DNA of 62,540 nucleotides, the filler included, from Phoronis australis (lineage: Eukaryota > Animalia > Phoronida), in NCBI GenBank assembly GCA_002633005.1. It is 6 parts of 6 records of this genome, joined end to end, with 100 filler letters (N's around TTAATTAATTAA, not from the genome) between each part and the next. Parts side by side here need not be neighbours in the genome. Positions count along the whole stretch, not along the records: positions 1 to 30,104 come from NMRA01000655.1; positions 30,205 to 47,025 come from NMRA01000910.1; 4 more parts are not named here. The stretch is one strand, 5' to 3'. Below, piece after piece: positions 26,162 through 39,200 of this stretch. Positions within the stretch are counted from its first letter, which is position 1. Each line of letters begins with the position of its first letter. A program made the position numbers and the translations under genes. The notes beneath the pieces were generated by a model. That model saw only the letters and a list, made by a program, of their open reading frames with translations, searched no databases and was not told where the DNA came from.

Positions 26162-26712
26162 TGATGTAATTTGTTCACTGCAGTATAGTGTGGAACTTTC
26201 TAGAAGACTCTAGCATGACAGTGATTAATGCAAGCTGGAATATTCTAGAGACTAGTACATGTTTGTAGAATGGTTGGCTAGATTCAGGAAAGATCTTGAA
26301 TGTGCTTGAATTTATGTTGGCTATAAATACACTAACACGGGTTTGTGTTCGTCAGATAGCAGTTCAAGAAAGTCAATCAGGAGAACTACAGTTGAGTTGC
26401 AGTGAAGAGAATCAGCAGTTACAGCGATAGTCAATAGAGAGCCAGCTATAGAGACAGCAGGTTATTGAATCGATGAGTGTAACAGTTGCTGAAAGTGTCT
26501 CAGAAGTTCGTCACAAGTCAAGGCTTTGCAGCACTGGCTGAAACATAAACAGACATTACATCGGACATTTTGTTTGAGTAGGCTTGTGAACGTACGGTCG
26601 GGATTAATAAGGGATTAGCTCGAACCAGTCTTCAGTCTATCATTGCACCGAAAGCTATTAGCACCTGTTTGTAACAAGCTGCGCCCACCCACACATGGGG
26701 AAAAACGTAACA
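26162..26712 (+). mobile_element. Probable solo LTR (~550 bp)
   Basis: TG...CA termini (TGATGTAAT...CGTAACA), TATAAAT at ~26322, partial upstream duplicate at 26100-26150. No clean TSD or PBS. Confidence 0.5.
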
Positions 26713-27340
26713 CCCAGTAGTAAAAAATGCATTTTGTGATCAATCTACTTCTAGAAATGTCAGTTAAGAGCTGAGTAGGTGCGAGCAAAGGACATTGGAA
26801 TGTCACACATACAGACAATTGACCAGCTTGACAAACTTAATGGTCTCAGCACATTTACTCACTTTGGAGCAGTCGGAATACTTAATTGCCGTAAGAAATA
26901 CAGTTGTGTTGAAAGGTATGACTGGCATAGCAGCAATGAAGAAAAGCAAGGTTGATGTCTGGCAGATGTGTGGCGTTGTGGGTAAATCTATCACAGAGTG
27001 GCATTTTAATATTTGGGAGGGTGCTACTCACAGAATCTCTTCTAGTCAATGCATGGACAAATTTTGCAACCTGATCTCTGTGTTAGTTTTTTTCTCTTTT
27101 TCTTCGATATAGTGTGATGAATTTTGCTTGTAGCTGCTTGTTTTGGTGTTCAATAGTATATTTACAACAAAGGAAAAAGCGGTATTTTCCCAAATAAGGT
27201 TAAGATTGAGAATGTTTTGTCTTAATTCTTAAAAATAGCTAAAGTTTAGTTGATGATCCCTGCGATATGCATGTGATTTCTGAAAATGAGTTACTATTGA
27301 CAATAAGGTTATAGTAAGTATTCACTTGTCATTTTCCTAG

Positions 27341-27851
27341 CACCAGCTGGAATGAGCATCTTCTAGAGATTGCCCTGCCATGGCCTTCTTGTATTGGACA
27401 CATTGATTTAAAGTTCTTGCTGCACCCACTCTGCACAGATCAACCTCACACAGAGGTCACCTTGCTTAGGCAAAATGTCGGCAAGATCGGTCGCAAGGTC
27501 TCCAGCCACCAGCACTGCAACAGCAGCAGTAACGGTAACGACGCAATTTCTGAGGATGTTACTGACAGTGACAACAATATTGTTAGTCTAAAACAGGGGA
27601 CTTCCACACTGGACATTGCAGCTGCGGCACAGCAGGCATTTTACTCGGACGTCAACAATGTGTCGGACCCAGAGTTCCTGGCCAAGCACAATGTGGCGAT
27701 CCTGTACGTTCTGCTAGACTTGATGTCACAGGTTGACTTGTCTAGTCAGAGTAGAGTGGTCACCTTGACCAGTCCTCAGTTGCTGAAGACCATGTCTAGG
27801 TCATTTCTGATCCTCATCAAGGCTCTGTTGAAGGAAAAGGAACGAGAAAAG
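27341..27851 (+). pseudogene. BIRC6: BIRC6-like exon (511 bp, open frame)
   Basis: TTTTCCTAG acceptor, GTGAGT donor; matches BIRC6 SWDEHVFELVLP..VGHVDFKF and LTLTSPKL..RSFLIHVK as recalled. Confidence 0.8.
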
Positions 27852-27877
27852 GTGAGTGTGACTACCGTGAACTCGCG

Positions 27878-28220
27878 GATCTACGTTTTCAGTAAGGGGG
27901 GTTTAGGATTCCCGCAAAGGTCGAATCCGAGGCGCATGGCGCCGAGCGGAGGGGGAGGTCGGAAGGGGGGTAAGCCCCCATTCTCGTGTAAGATAACTTT
28001 TTATTTTTGTAGCCAAACAGTGAAATTTCCATGCATCCTGGTACTTTTCTGGCACTTAACATGTCCCTGTAGTTTTCCTTAAGATAATTAAAAGCCCTTC
28101 TCGATTGCGTCACATGAACTTGGCTCATAAGTTTCGTGAAACCATATTTGTGCACATGTGAGTATGAGTCACACCACCAGCAAAATTTTTTATTGGAACA
28201 TCTGCTTACACGCACCTTTT
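27878..28220 (+). mobile_element. Truncated end of the hAT-like family seen at 46428-46774
   Basis: Reverse-complement similarity to 46428-46768 (GCGGATCTACGTTTTCAGTAAGGGGG...GAACATCTGCTTAC). Confidence 0.7.
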
Positions 28221-30104
28221 TAGCATACAAAAAGTGTGATGGTGAGGAAACCGATAGACAATGACTGGTGATAGCCCAGGACATCAGTTCACACTCGCTA
28301 GTCATGAAGGACCTACTACCACCACCTATGTGGTGATATCTGCCATCAATACCTTGCGTGCCCAAGTCATTGTACCTAACTTGCGACCCGGCATTTACTT
28401 AGTGCCTGTTCAAGAGCTTGTGCATTTTGGGTACCCGCCTGATGCAGGTGAGCGGCTGCATGTTGTTACTCCACGTCTGTCATGGCCAACTATGGTGGGA
28501 AGATTTCCTCGGCAATGTCTTGCTTGACCTTTACAGCTCAGAACAAACCCTCGTCTTCCCCTAGGATAGGTAGGCAGTACAATGTATAACTTACCATTCT
28601 TGCGGTGTTTATATGGCTAATGGTAAAAGGTGGAATGGTATACCTGCCTTTAAACTGGTGCACAAAGTGATTTAAATTTCTTTTCTCTCATAATATTCTC
28701 TTAGTTTAATCGTTCAATCTGCTCTTGCTGCTTGGTTTATTTGTGGACACTCTGTTGTTTCTTTTGTAGAGTTTTCATTTTGCTGTCGGCTGTAGGTCAA
28801 AGGTCACTTGTGAGCAACGGAGGATCTGCAATGATCGAGAGCCTGATGTCACACATGACCAGTCTGCTCACCCCCCTTCAGAATATCCAGCACAGTTATT
28901 ACTGGCAGAATGGTATGTGTGAACATTACTTTGGTGTGGTTACGCCTAGTTGTCAAGTTAAATGTAGTAAGCCAGTGAGGGGTTTTTGGTGGACACCTAC
29001 TATGCTCAAAAAGAATTGAAAATTTGATGTTCAATTGACTTGCAGCCAATATGTTAGGTCAAACAGAGCTAAAAAAATTTTGTAAAATGGACATCATGGA
29101 TATCAATCTGACAGAAAAAACTCCCAGTGTGGGGCCAAAATTCTAGTTGAGTGTAATTATATCAAAATCAAATTCCCTTATAGGTATTTAGTATGTTCTC
29201 ATCAACGGTCTTAGCTGGCTGTATTTCGCTTCTGTAAACCTTTAATTATAACAATGACGAATCAAAGCATTTGCCATCTTATGCTCATTTCATTAAAATT
29301 AGGTAGTTGTGACTTGAATTCCACCCAATGAGCAAAGGGAATTTATATTATATTGTTAATAAGTTCACCACGGAGTGAAAAAGCCAAGTATGAAAGTAAA
29401 AAGCGAACTGTAAAACATGCTATCTTTGAATGAATATTAGGTCATTTGGAGGGCTTGATTTCCTTGCAGTTATATTCGTCATATCATTTTTGCACATAAA
29501 TTTCTTCACGTGATTGTTATTTAGATGTGCAGGTCCCTTTGCTATGCTATGCAACTGTGATAGATATTACACAAAATCCGTACAAACTTCCAACCCTGTT
29601 TGGATTCAGATTCAGTTTACTGACTGCGTAACTAGTTGAGAATTGTAGTTATTGCCTTACAGCCTAACTGTGATCAAGAACTATGTTCAGGTAGTGGTTA
29701 AAGTTTGATCAATTTCTAATTTTATTTGGCTCTAGTGAAATCTTGTCCAAAGTGATGAAAAGTATCATGCTATGAACATTCCCACTAAATAAAATTGGTT
29801 CTAACCCCAGTGGTTAAGGTAAACGGCGGAGTATGGAAAATTGAACTAGACCGTATTTATCCACCTTGGCTGAGTCACACTCGGCTCACGATCAAAGGGA
29901 TGCCACCAGGCTGCTCTAGTCATCGAGTCACGAGCGAGGATAATTGGCTTCGCTCATGCGGATATGATCAGCTGATTACAATCTAGCTAGCAGACTGTAC
30001 TTTTTATGGTGAGAGTTTTACGTAGTTTTTACTGTAATATTTGAAAAGAGGAGCGAAAACAAATATGAGTACAACTTTGAATTTTTCAAATCGGCCCAGG
30101 ATAA

Positions 30105-30204
30105 NNNNNNNNNNNNNNNNNNNNNNNNNNNNNNNNNNNNNNNNNNNNTTAATTAATTAANNNNNNNNNNNNNNNNNNNNNNNNNNNNNNNNNNNNNNNN
30201 NNNN
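30105..30204. other. Artificial assembly spacer N44-TTAATTAATTAA-N44
   Basis: The identical 100-bp structure occurs five times; the palindromic core has stops in all six frames. Confidence 0.97.
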
Positions 30205-30263
30205 GTCCGTGGAATGGTTCGCTTTGCGCATGTCCGTATCTCATGGTAGTACTCGGGGGAATT
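30205..30263 (-). CDS. TIR gene last visible exon (truncated by spacer)
   Basis: TTTTATTCCTCCCAG acceptor, phase 0; NSPEYYHEIRTCAKRTIPR. Confidence 0.6.
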
Positions 30264-33200
30264 CTGGGAGGAATAAAATTCAATTGTGACACGCACGTTT
30301 TGATCTATAATAAGCCCTCGAGCAGCACTGTCTATGACGACCAAAGTTTTGGTTCATCGTATGGCGTAGATATCTTTGCTTTGGTAAAAATGGTTTATAG
30401 TGATTTCTGGGCTTAACTCCAAATATTGTACATTATATTTTTGTACTAATCATTAAAAAAATATTTGTGAATTTGAAGGCCAACAACTACACATAACACC
30501 ATAGACAACACGAAGTGCACTGCTTCAATGGAAACATTCATCGATGATTCCATTTTGAAATTTATCATTTTAGTTTGACTTATTTACCCCTAAGTGGTGA
30601 CTGAACAGATGACATCAGATGATTCCAACCAATCAAAACATTTAGTTTCATTTTGGTTTGACTTATTTATCCCTAAGTGGTGACTGAACACATGACATCA
30701 GATGATTCCAACCAATCAGAACATTTATTTTGTTCTCAATGACATACAGCTAACAAACCAATCAAATGTCCTAATCTATTGACACAGTGTAAGTCCGGTG
30801 TGTGAATCAAGTGCAGCTAAAGCCAAAAGTGTGTCTCTGAGCTACCCACTGTGAAGTACTGTCTACAGTCAGAGGGCAATAGCTGCCATCAATCAAACAT
30901 GAACAATTGACCTATCGCAAGCTCCGCCCCTATGCGAAAAGTCACGTGATACCCGACATTCGAACGAGATGTCAGAGGCAAATACACTGTCGCTAAACGA
31001 CGTTCCTGGTGGAATCGATGAGTGTTTTTGCACTATTTGAAAACGCGTCGATAGAGACAAGAGGCGATGCTTTTCAACAGTGAATCGTACGTTCATGATA
31101 TGGGAATTTGTAAAGGTGACGATTAAAAAATAAGTGCTCGACGAGCCAGAGAAAATCCGAAGAACCCCTCGGCCTCGGGGCTACCTTCACCTGACAAATG
31201 ACAAGGCCACTGATACGATATGTTCATGTAAAGCTGGGTATGTACCTTAAAGTCCAATTATCTGTACGATTCCATAGATTTCATGATCTTTCGAATAAAA
31301 TCAGTGAAGATTCACCGATATTCTTATTCTGTCGTCTGCTAAATTTCGCCAAATGAAAAATAGGTCACAACTGGTGGGACCCCTGGAGTAAAGTAGGTCA
31401 TAGATTACAGACAACACATGCACTATAGTCTCTGACTAGATCGACTCGATAGCTTTTCTAATCTTGTCACGAAATATTTTGATAAAAAAATTCAGGTTCA
31501 TAACTCATCTCGTCCTGGGCAAACAGTTAGCTCCGGTAGCTTAGGTCTAGGGCTGTGTCTAAGTAAAATTAATGTCTGGAATTCAGTGGCGTATCTAGGA
31601 TATCACAGGGGGGCCCAACATATGTTGCCTCGTGGAATTGGGCAAAGTGCGATTGTATGTGCACAGGCGGCCCAAAAGTTGCAGGGGCCAGGGATGTAGA
31701 CCGTTGGACCTTCTGTTCAGAAAATCTATCGGTGGACTAAAAAAACAGGAACGCGATTCCGCCGCGATCTGGGGTCTGAGCCCCCCCCTCTTCCGCTACA
31801 GGTCCTAGTTATTGAACTCAATATTTCCTCACACTCTTGCCGTTTCATTTTGCTTGCGGCAGCCAAGGGGCGGGGGGGNGGGCTCTGCCCCCCCCAAATC
31901 CGCCTATCGAATTTGCACCATTAAGACACTTAAATTAGGCCTACCTTCTTGTGAACTTGGCATTTTATTGTAGTTTCATTCCAAAAAGGTAACTTTCACT
32001 TAATTTTGAAGGTACCATGATCACTAAGTATGGTTACAAAAGATTACAAGTCTGGTGTGGTAGTTGCAAAAAATAGAGTATTTACATATTTACAAAAATA
32101 ACTCAAATTCTTTTTTAAAGCTTCATAAATCTAAATATCATGTTTGAACCACACCAAAATGAGCTCTCTCTCTAACTCTACAGACATAGTGTATGCTAGA
32201 GGTACACCTCAAAAAGTAATTCAACAGTTTATTTTTAGTGACAACAGCTCGACCAAGGCTTTGAGTTCTGGCAGTAATCTAGTGCCCTTCCCTGTGCCGA
32301 TCGAATCTCTGAATTTTGACTGGGAGAGAAGTTCAGTTGAATGCCAACTTACGGTTTATGAATAACAAAAATGTACCTCTGATACGAAACAAAATAATGT
32401 CCATTAGGTTGAAATAAATAAAAAAAACATAAAATAAAAATGTCCTTAAAAACAACAATTTCCGGGGACTACCGCTAGAGTGCCGAGATCAGCAGGTGCC
32501 GAGACAAAGGCGGCCAGACGTAGCCAACTCGGGAGTCAAAATCTGAGATAGCCCTGCACCATAGCCACCAAGCTGAAAAGTGCGTATCTAGGAACTAATA
32601 TATTTGTGTTTATTATAGCCTTCGAGTTATCAAGCAACATCGCTAAGTTCAGCTGCTCGTGTGGCCGCACAGTTTGATCCATAGTTTACGCTTTTCAACA
32701 TCATTTTTCGGCTCAGGACATGCCAAAAAATGACGGGATATTATTCTGGAGCAGCATAACGGCTGTCGGGGCTACGCACGTCATATCAACACCGTTTCCC
32801 CATTCTTAGCGAACAATTTCTTGAGCTACTGACTAAAGTAAGTTTTACTCGACTGCGTGTGGTTTGTCGGGTAAAATGGCAGCTTGGAAACGCAGACGAA
32901 GGTGTGCCAAAAATGCTGCGTTCTGATTGGTCAATTAAGCCGTCCGTCATAATCCTGGCGATAGGTCAATTGCCATAGTTTCACAAAAAGGATCCCTTTT
33001 GCAATGATGTTCAATGAAACTCTTACCTCTTCACGTAATCTTGACAGCTTAGTCAAGAGAGGCCCATCATAGTCCTCCAATGCTTTCATGCACCTACAAA
33101 CAAGTTTCATACTCTAAAAATTTGCAATGTCTGACATCTTGTACACAATATTAACTGAACGCTTAACTTGTGAAATAACCACAGCCTGTCATCAAACCAT

Positions 33201-36200
33201 TAAATATTATTTGTAGTGTCTGAAGTAAGTCCAGACCTGGCAGGTTCAGAATCCCTTGCTTGCATAGTACCTACATCGACAACTTCTAGTGCAATGATTT
33301 GAACAAAAATCTGAACTGATTTCTGAGCTTGACCAGTGATCACAGCTTAATGGCCTGAGTATCAGCAAGAGTAACATAGGGTCTCTAGTTCGAGTTTTGA
33401 CGTGAAATAGTTTAAAGAAGGAACACTTCATTTACAAGATACATGGGCTGTATGTTCAAAAGGAAATTCTAAGATTTCATACCTTTGTAAGTCATCGTTA
33501 ATATTTGGTTAACACTATGTGTTCATTTAAACATGCCCAGATTAATACAGGCAGCAGTATACCGAACACTGATTCCATGATCAATCCACATGTCTAAAGA
33601 GCAAGCTGTCATGAAGAACTAAAGCCTCTATCACACCAAAACAGGTTTAGGACTGGAATAACGGTCAGAGTCATGCATGGCCTTCTGCAAGTTGCATGGA
33701 TGGTCACCAGAACAAGAAATCAACCCGACCATTCTCAGAAGCCGTGAAAACATGTACACAAAACCTGACTTGCGCATTGTTCAATATGACACCAAATGTG
33801 AACGTTCACTCAAATCGTGCTACATAGTTGGTCAACTTTGGAGTCAAATCTCAAGTAATTATGGGTACTGTCCAACATGTCAAGTGCTGGTCACTCACCC
33901 TGTTAAATGTTTCTCTTTAAGCCAACTCTGTACTTGTTCTTTGGTCCAGCTGTTCGTTGACAGTGTGTCCTCTTTGTCATCACCACGGCGACTATGACGG
34001 CCTGCAGAGGCGAGACCTGGCTGCTCCAATGGGGCTGCAAGTAGACAGGAAATAATGATTAAAGCTGTAGAAACCTACTGTCTGTAACCAGAAATTAGAC
34101 TTAGACCACACACCCTTAAAAATGGTCTTAACTTGTTTCTTACTCAGATGAAAATATTAGCGATTTTAGCACTTGACAACAACCGCTTGTCATGCTCGGC
34201 CAAGCAAAACATGCCTGGTCTCAAATAATGAAACAAGCACAAGTTCTGCTTAAACCAAGACATCTCCTCTAATCAGAATAAGAAACCCTTTAGTTGAGAC
34301 CAATTACAGGAAGTGACTGAAAATAAAAGTTATTCTTTGACAAAAGGGGGCATTAATGCAGACTTGAATAACGAGCTAAGAGCAGCATGAACTTAAACTT
34401 AACATTAGTTTTGGGTCATCCACTGATGCATGTGAACACCAATATAGAAATAAAAACAATGAAACTGACAACATCAGTGCACACCACCACCAAAAAGAAA
34501 TGAACTTCTGTCCATTTTATTAAGTCCAAAAAAACAAGCTGACTTTTGCTTGTCGATTCATTTCCATAGACAACAGTCCCTTCCTAGAGAAATTCTCTGA
34601 AATGATCATCATAATGACTTGAGTGTTTTTTAAAGCTTCGGCAGCAATCACTTTCCTGTCATTTTACCGTGTTCTAATAACATTGCATGGAGGAGCTGTA
34701 TTCCTGCTTGAAATGCATGAGGATTAAATTTAGAATACCCAACACTTTGTGTGTGTCGACAGGAAGATTTACCATCACTAATTGACTTATTCCAGTTTGA
34801 ATTTTAGCAATTTGGCTTAACTTACGTAATTACCACAATGTGAAACTTTCATACATTGTCACAAATAACGAGCCCATCTTACCTGGGTTTTCACCAATTT
34901 TCCCTTTGTTTCCGATCTCCTTTCGGAGTGTAGAGAACGACTTTTCAAAGGGATCCTTGCCAGTGAAGTCAACATATATCTTAGATCCTACCAGAGCTCC
35001 CAGCCAGCCATCAGGTTTGTACTTCTTCTCCATGTAACATGGTACATACGGCTTCTTCAGGTTAAAGGTGTACTCCGCTTCTGCACAGATAACAAAGAGA
35101 AAACTATGCGAGTCTAAGGAGGGTCAATGTTTTATAATGTGAATACAGAGACCTGAAATCGCTGGTTTACATGGATTGCCTGGGATACCTTCTGTAGATG
35201 CGAGAAACTTGCCAAGATCACGCAAAATCACGCCAGTAAATGGCCAGCACACCCTAACAAAATGGAGTCCAGTGAAGTGAGGTTGAAATGTTGCATTATG
35301 GGATAGAATTCACTGCTTTCGTTCCGTAAGTGAAGACTTCTTGCCACAAGTACTACACGAGTGTCTTGGGTCTATATGGAACACAGCCTAAATGACTACT
35401 GTCATCTCTCAGAATATCATTTCCTTTACTTTCACCTGTTCAGAATACTAAATACATTTCTGAACATCAGTTTGTAAATTAAACCCCTTTATAAATATTA
35501 AAATTTTGTTTTTTATCAGTTTTCAATCATTGTCATTCACTTTGGTGGCCATTTTACAGATGCACTGCCAGAAAGTCAATAACTAAACTAATTGCAATTT
35601 AAATTGTGTGCATTTTGAAAAACTTGTTTTTGCAATAACAGACATCTATGTCCAGGTGTAGAGCTAGTATTGGTATACATGTACATATATTTGCAAAAAC
35701 TGAACAAATCCAAATTTTGTATCAAGTTCATGTCATTAAAAATTACACTCCTGCAAGAGTAAGCCAATTAATTTGGTTAGCGGCACAAAAAGAATGCCAT
35801 TTGTCCATTATTCTACATTCAAGTTTATAGAGTAAGCATATGCGTTAACTTTGCACGCCATGGAATTGAGCGCCCTCTGTTGACCAATCTTTTTTTCGGA
35901 TTCTTCAATCAACTGCATTTCTTTTACAAGATAGCCCACAGATCACAACAAATTACCAGAATTGAGTTTACTTATAGTTAGAAGTGTTCACTACTTTATT
36001 ACCAGTGAATGAAATTCTAAGGAAATTTTGCTTTCATTGGTGAAGTTGTCATCATTTCCCAAAAATGTCACTTTGCCAAACTAAAAATTGAGCAAATGCT
36101 GCGATCCAGCTGGTTTGAAATCAATGTCCGACTTTTCCTCGTTACAAAATTTGTAAGATTGAATCATGTAAGAAAATAATGTTCATCAGATTGTTTCTTT

Positions 36201-39200
36201 TAAACATCCGTAACAGACAAGTTAGGTGTCATACGGTTGGATGTACTACACTGTGATGAAAGTTTTTTTGAGAGAGGACCACAGAGTTGTGGGGAACTGA
36301 AAAAATGTCAAATTTTCACCCACAACGTTCACTAGCAATGCTTTGACACCCAGACATACGCAGCTAGCTAGCCAGCCAGAGTAAAGCATGCACTCCTATT
36401 CCTTAACACTAAACAGCATGCAAAAATGAACGCATTATAAGATCTTACCTGTCCTAGTGTTTGAGCTCTCCTTGTACGGCTCAGAGACACAGATGAGCAC
36501 AACAGCTGCTTCCTCCACTGCTCGAGCCATTGCTTCAAGTGTGTCACCATTCATCTGATCAACATCAATCCACACTTTGTATCCAGACTCCTACACAGAA
36601 AACAACAAAAGAGGTGTAAAATATCAAAAATAAGTAAGAATTGTTAATCTTCTTACAAGCTGTGTATAGGTCACATCACTATGGTGAAGTTTGAAAAGAT
36701 CTCTGTCTCCATGGGGGCTCGAATCCGGGTCTTCCTGCCAACCATCGCTCAAGCCTCCGATGAGACAGAGATCTTTTCCAGACTTAACTATAATTCATGT
36801 CATGTGACAAACATATGGCCTGTAAGACTAATAATTCTTACTCATATCATATCAACACACTGATTTTCAACAGCACAATAATATAAATACAATTAGTAAG
36901 AAATAATTTCCTGTCAATCTCAAACATAATTTCAAAGGTTTTTTGTTATGCGTAGCCTTTAGCAGATACTATTTGTTCATAGAAACAAAGCTCTTAATTG
37001 ATTGCATGCCAGTCAAGAAAACGTAGTCATACATTCAAGCCTATGACTTCTAAAACAAAGTTCATAATAAATGTACAAATGATCTCCAGTCATTTCTTGA
37101 TACTGACACACTAAGCTGCTACTTAGCAAGTCATGATTTCTACACAGACAAATTTACTGGTATCCAAATAAAATGCCAGCTACCTTGAGTCTGTTAGAGA
37201 TCTGTAGAACCACAGGCTGGTTGGCCCAACTGTAACTCAAGAATACGTGTCCTATGCTGTCCTCAGTGGAAATTGGCTTCTCTAAAAGTAAAAAAAAAAC
37301 TGAGTTGCATACAACATGTTTATAATTATGTTATTTTTCACTAAATTTAATTCACACTCACTCAAGTCACCTACACCATTCAGTATGGCAAACTCATGTC
37401 TTGGAAACAGCAACACTGATTGACACATCGAAACAGATTGCTTTATGTTGAAGTTTACTTAATGAAAAACTTGAATAACAGGACCCTTTCACACCCACCT
37501 TATTTGTTCAAGACGCCTTCTCCTAAATGAAATTCACATACAGCATTTTTCTAAAAAAATTCATAGGTCTACTAAAATTTTTGGTTTGCCCTCTCCTGGG
37601 ACTCTGGTTGACTATTCAGTATACTAAATAAAGACTGTGAATTGGTTGAACAACACCGACAAATGTTTTACACTGAAATTCACTGCCTAGTTATGGCTGG
37701 TTGTGAGTTTTTGGTCAGTTACTTCCAGTGGTCACACAACTTACCACAAACTAATGTAATACACACGAGGTTAATAACAAAAACAAATAATAAGAGGTAA
37801 AAAAGTTGTCATAGTTATCGAGGTTAACGCCCACATTTAACTTAAATGGACATAATTGGTTTTGCGGCAGAAAAACACATTTTGGGGATTATTGCAGGAA
37901 GGAACAGACTCGTTGAAGTTTTAGTATTGACCAGAGTTATAAAATAAAGCAACAAAATCCGTTGTTTTTGTGATCTTATTACAAAATACCAATTCTCGCT
38001 GTTGTCTGCCAGCCATTTGCGGAACTCAAGATTGATGACTTTACTAGTTTAATACTCCTAACTACTCTGCACAGTTTTGGACTGAAACCATTGATGTTGT
38101 GAGTTTGTGCTGATTTTACAAAACCATGTTTCCTACCAATTATATCACTTTACGCCTGCCTTCAAATTTTCTATACTTTCATTACTGGATGCCCAAGTTC
38201 ATTAAATGGTATTAACTAGCCACTTTCAGTTCATCATTCTGTAAGTGTTTACTTGACTCTTACACGTGACGTGACTGACAAGAAAGTAATTAGCCTGAAT
38301 CAGATGCTAAAGTTTGAATTTCTGAAGTAAATTGCCCACGCTTAACTTAATATTCTCTTCATGATTTTTCACTTTCTTAGCTAAATGGTCTGGACGTTAT
38401 CTAAAGGAACATACCATACTTATTCGGGTCAATGTCCACGACACATAAATTAGGAAATTCACAAATCAGCCAACCATATTAAATTTAACTTGTTAAATGC
38501 ATTTATTGTCATTATTTTGACATTTGTCTCTTTATTTTGATATCAACCCTTAGGGTTTACTCTGCAACATAGTACCCCAGGCCAAATAGATTGCGATAAA
38601 CAATTTAACAACAACCATTTCACATCTCCTTCAGTAAAAAGGATTATTCCCCACCTCAATATGGCAAGGTGCTGCTCATTACCCAAGTGTCAGTGTTGAA
38701 GGTAAAATTCTTGGGCACTCACAAAGACACTGGCACTTTTAAGAATGACACATGGGAGTGGATGCTAAACTGATAATGGGTGTTTATAAACATTTCAAGG
38801 GTGGGGGTTAACCTGAATGAGTGCAGTTATGATTGTGGATAATTGTCGGCAATACTGGTGCAGCGAGTCAATCAAGTGACTGTTCAGGCTTTATGGCTGC
38901 AGCGTTTAGCTTTGGCTGAGCACATGAGCATTAGGTAAAAGTCAGATATAATGTACCCGCATTTTAAGAGCCAGCTTTTTTCACTGAATAACGGGGATCA
39001 AACTGGTTCTCAAAATGTGGGCATGTTACATCCAACTATTGCCCAAGCCACCTATGTCCACACACAGACAAACACACACACACAAACAAACAAAAACACA
39101 CTAACACACACACTCACACGCACTCTTCTAGTTCATAACACAACAGCATACCTCCAACATGTGTCTCACCAGATTCATCCTTGACCGGCACTGGCTCATG

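Larger units (their letters stand above)
23966..29550 (+). pseudogene. BIRC6: Fragmentary BIRC6/BRUCE-derived exons (probable partial-duplicate pseudogene)
   Basis: 23966-24242 (frameshifted near 24085; ...QFAVITNAGLIRIYNLATLESL...DTYVSLTYCNG). 27341-27851 (SWNEHLLEIALP..IGHIDLKF..EVTLLRQN...VVTLTSPQLLK..SRSFLILIK). 28770-28912 (RVFILLSAVGQRSL..IESL..LLTPLQ). Start of a further exon at 29525 (DVQVPLL). Each recalls a distinct BIRC6 segment. Confidence 0.75.

Noticed and set aside
38560-39040. Penelope-like 3' end with a hammerhead-like core (CTGAATAA...AAAA)
   Set aside because: The CUGANGA and GAAA catalytic motifs are both mutated and the GIY-YIG resemblance is too weak to call.
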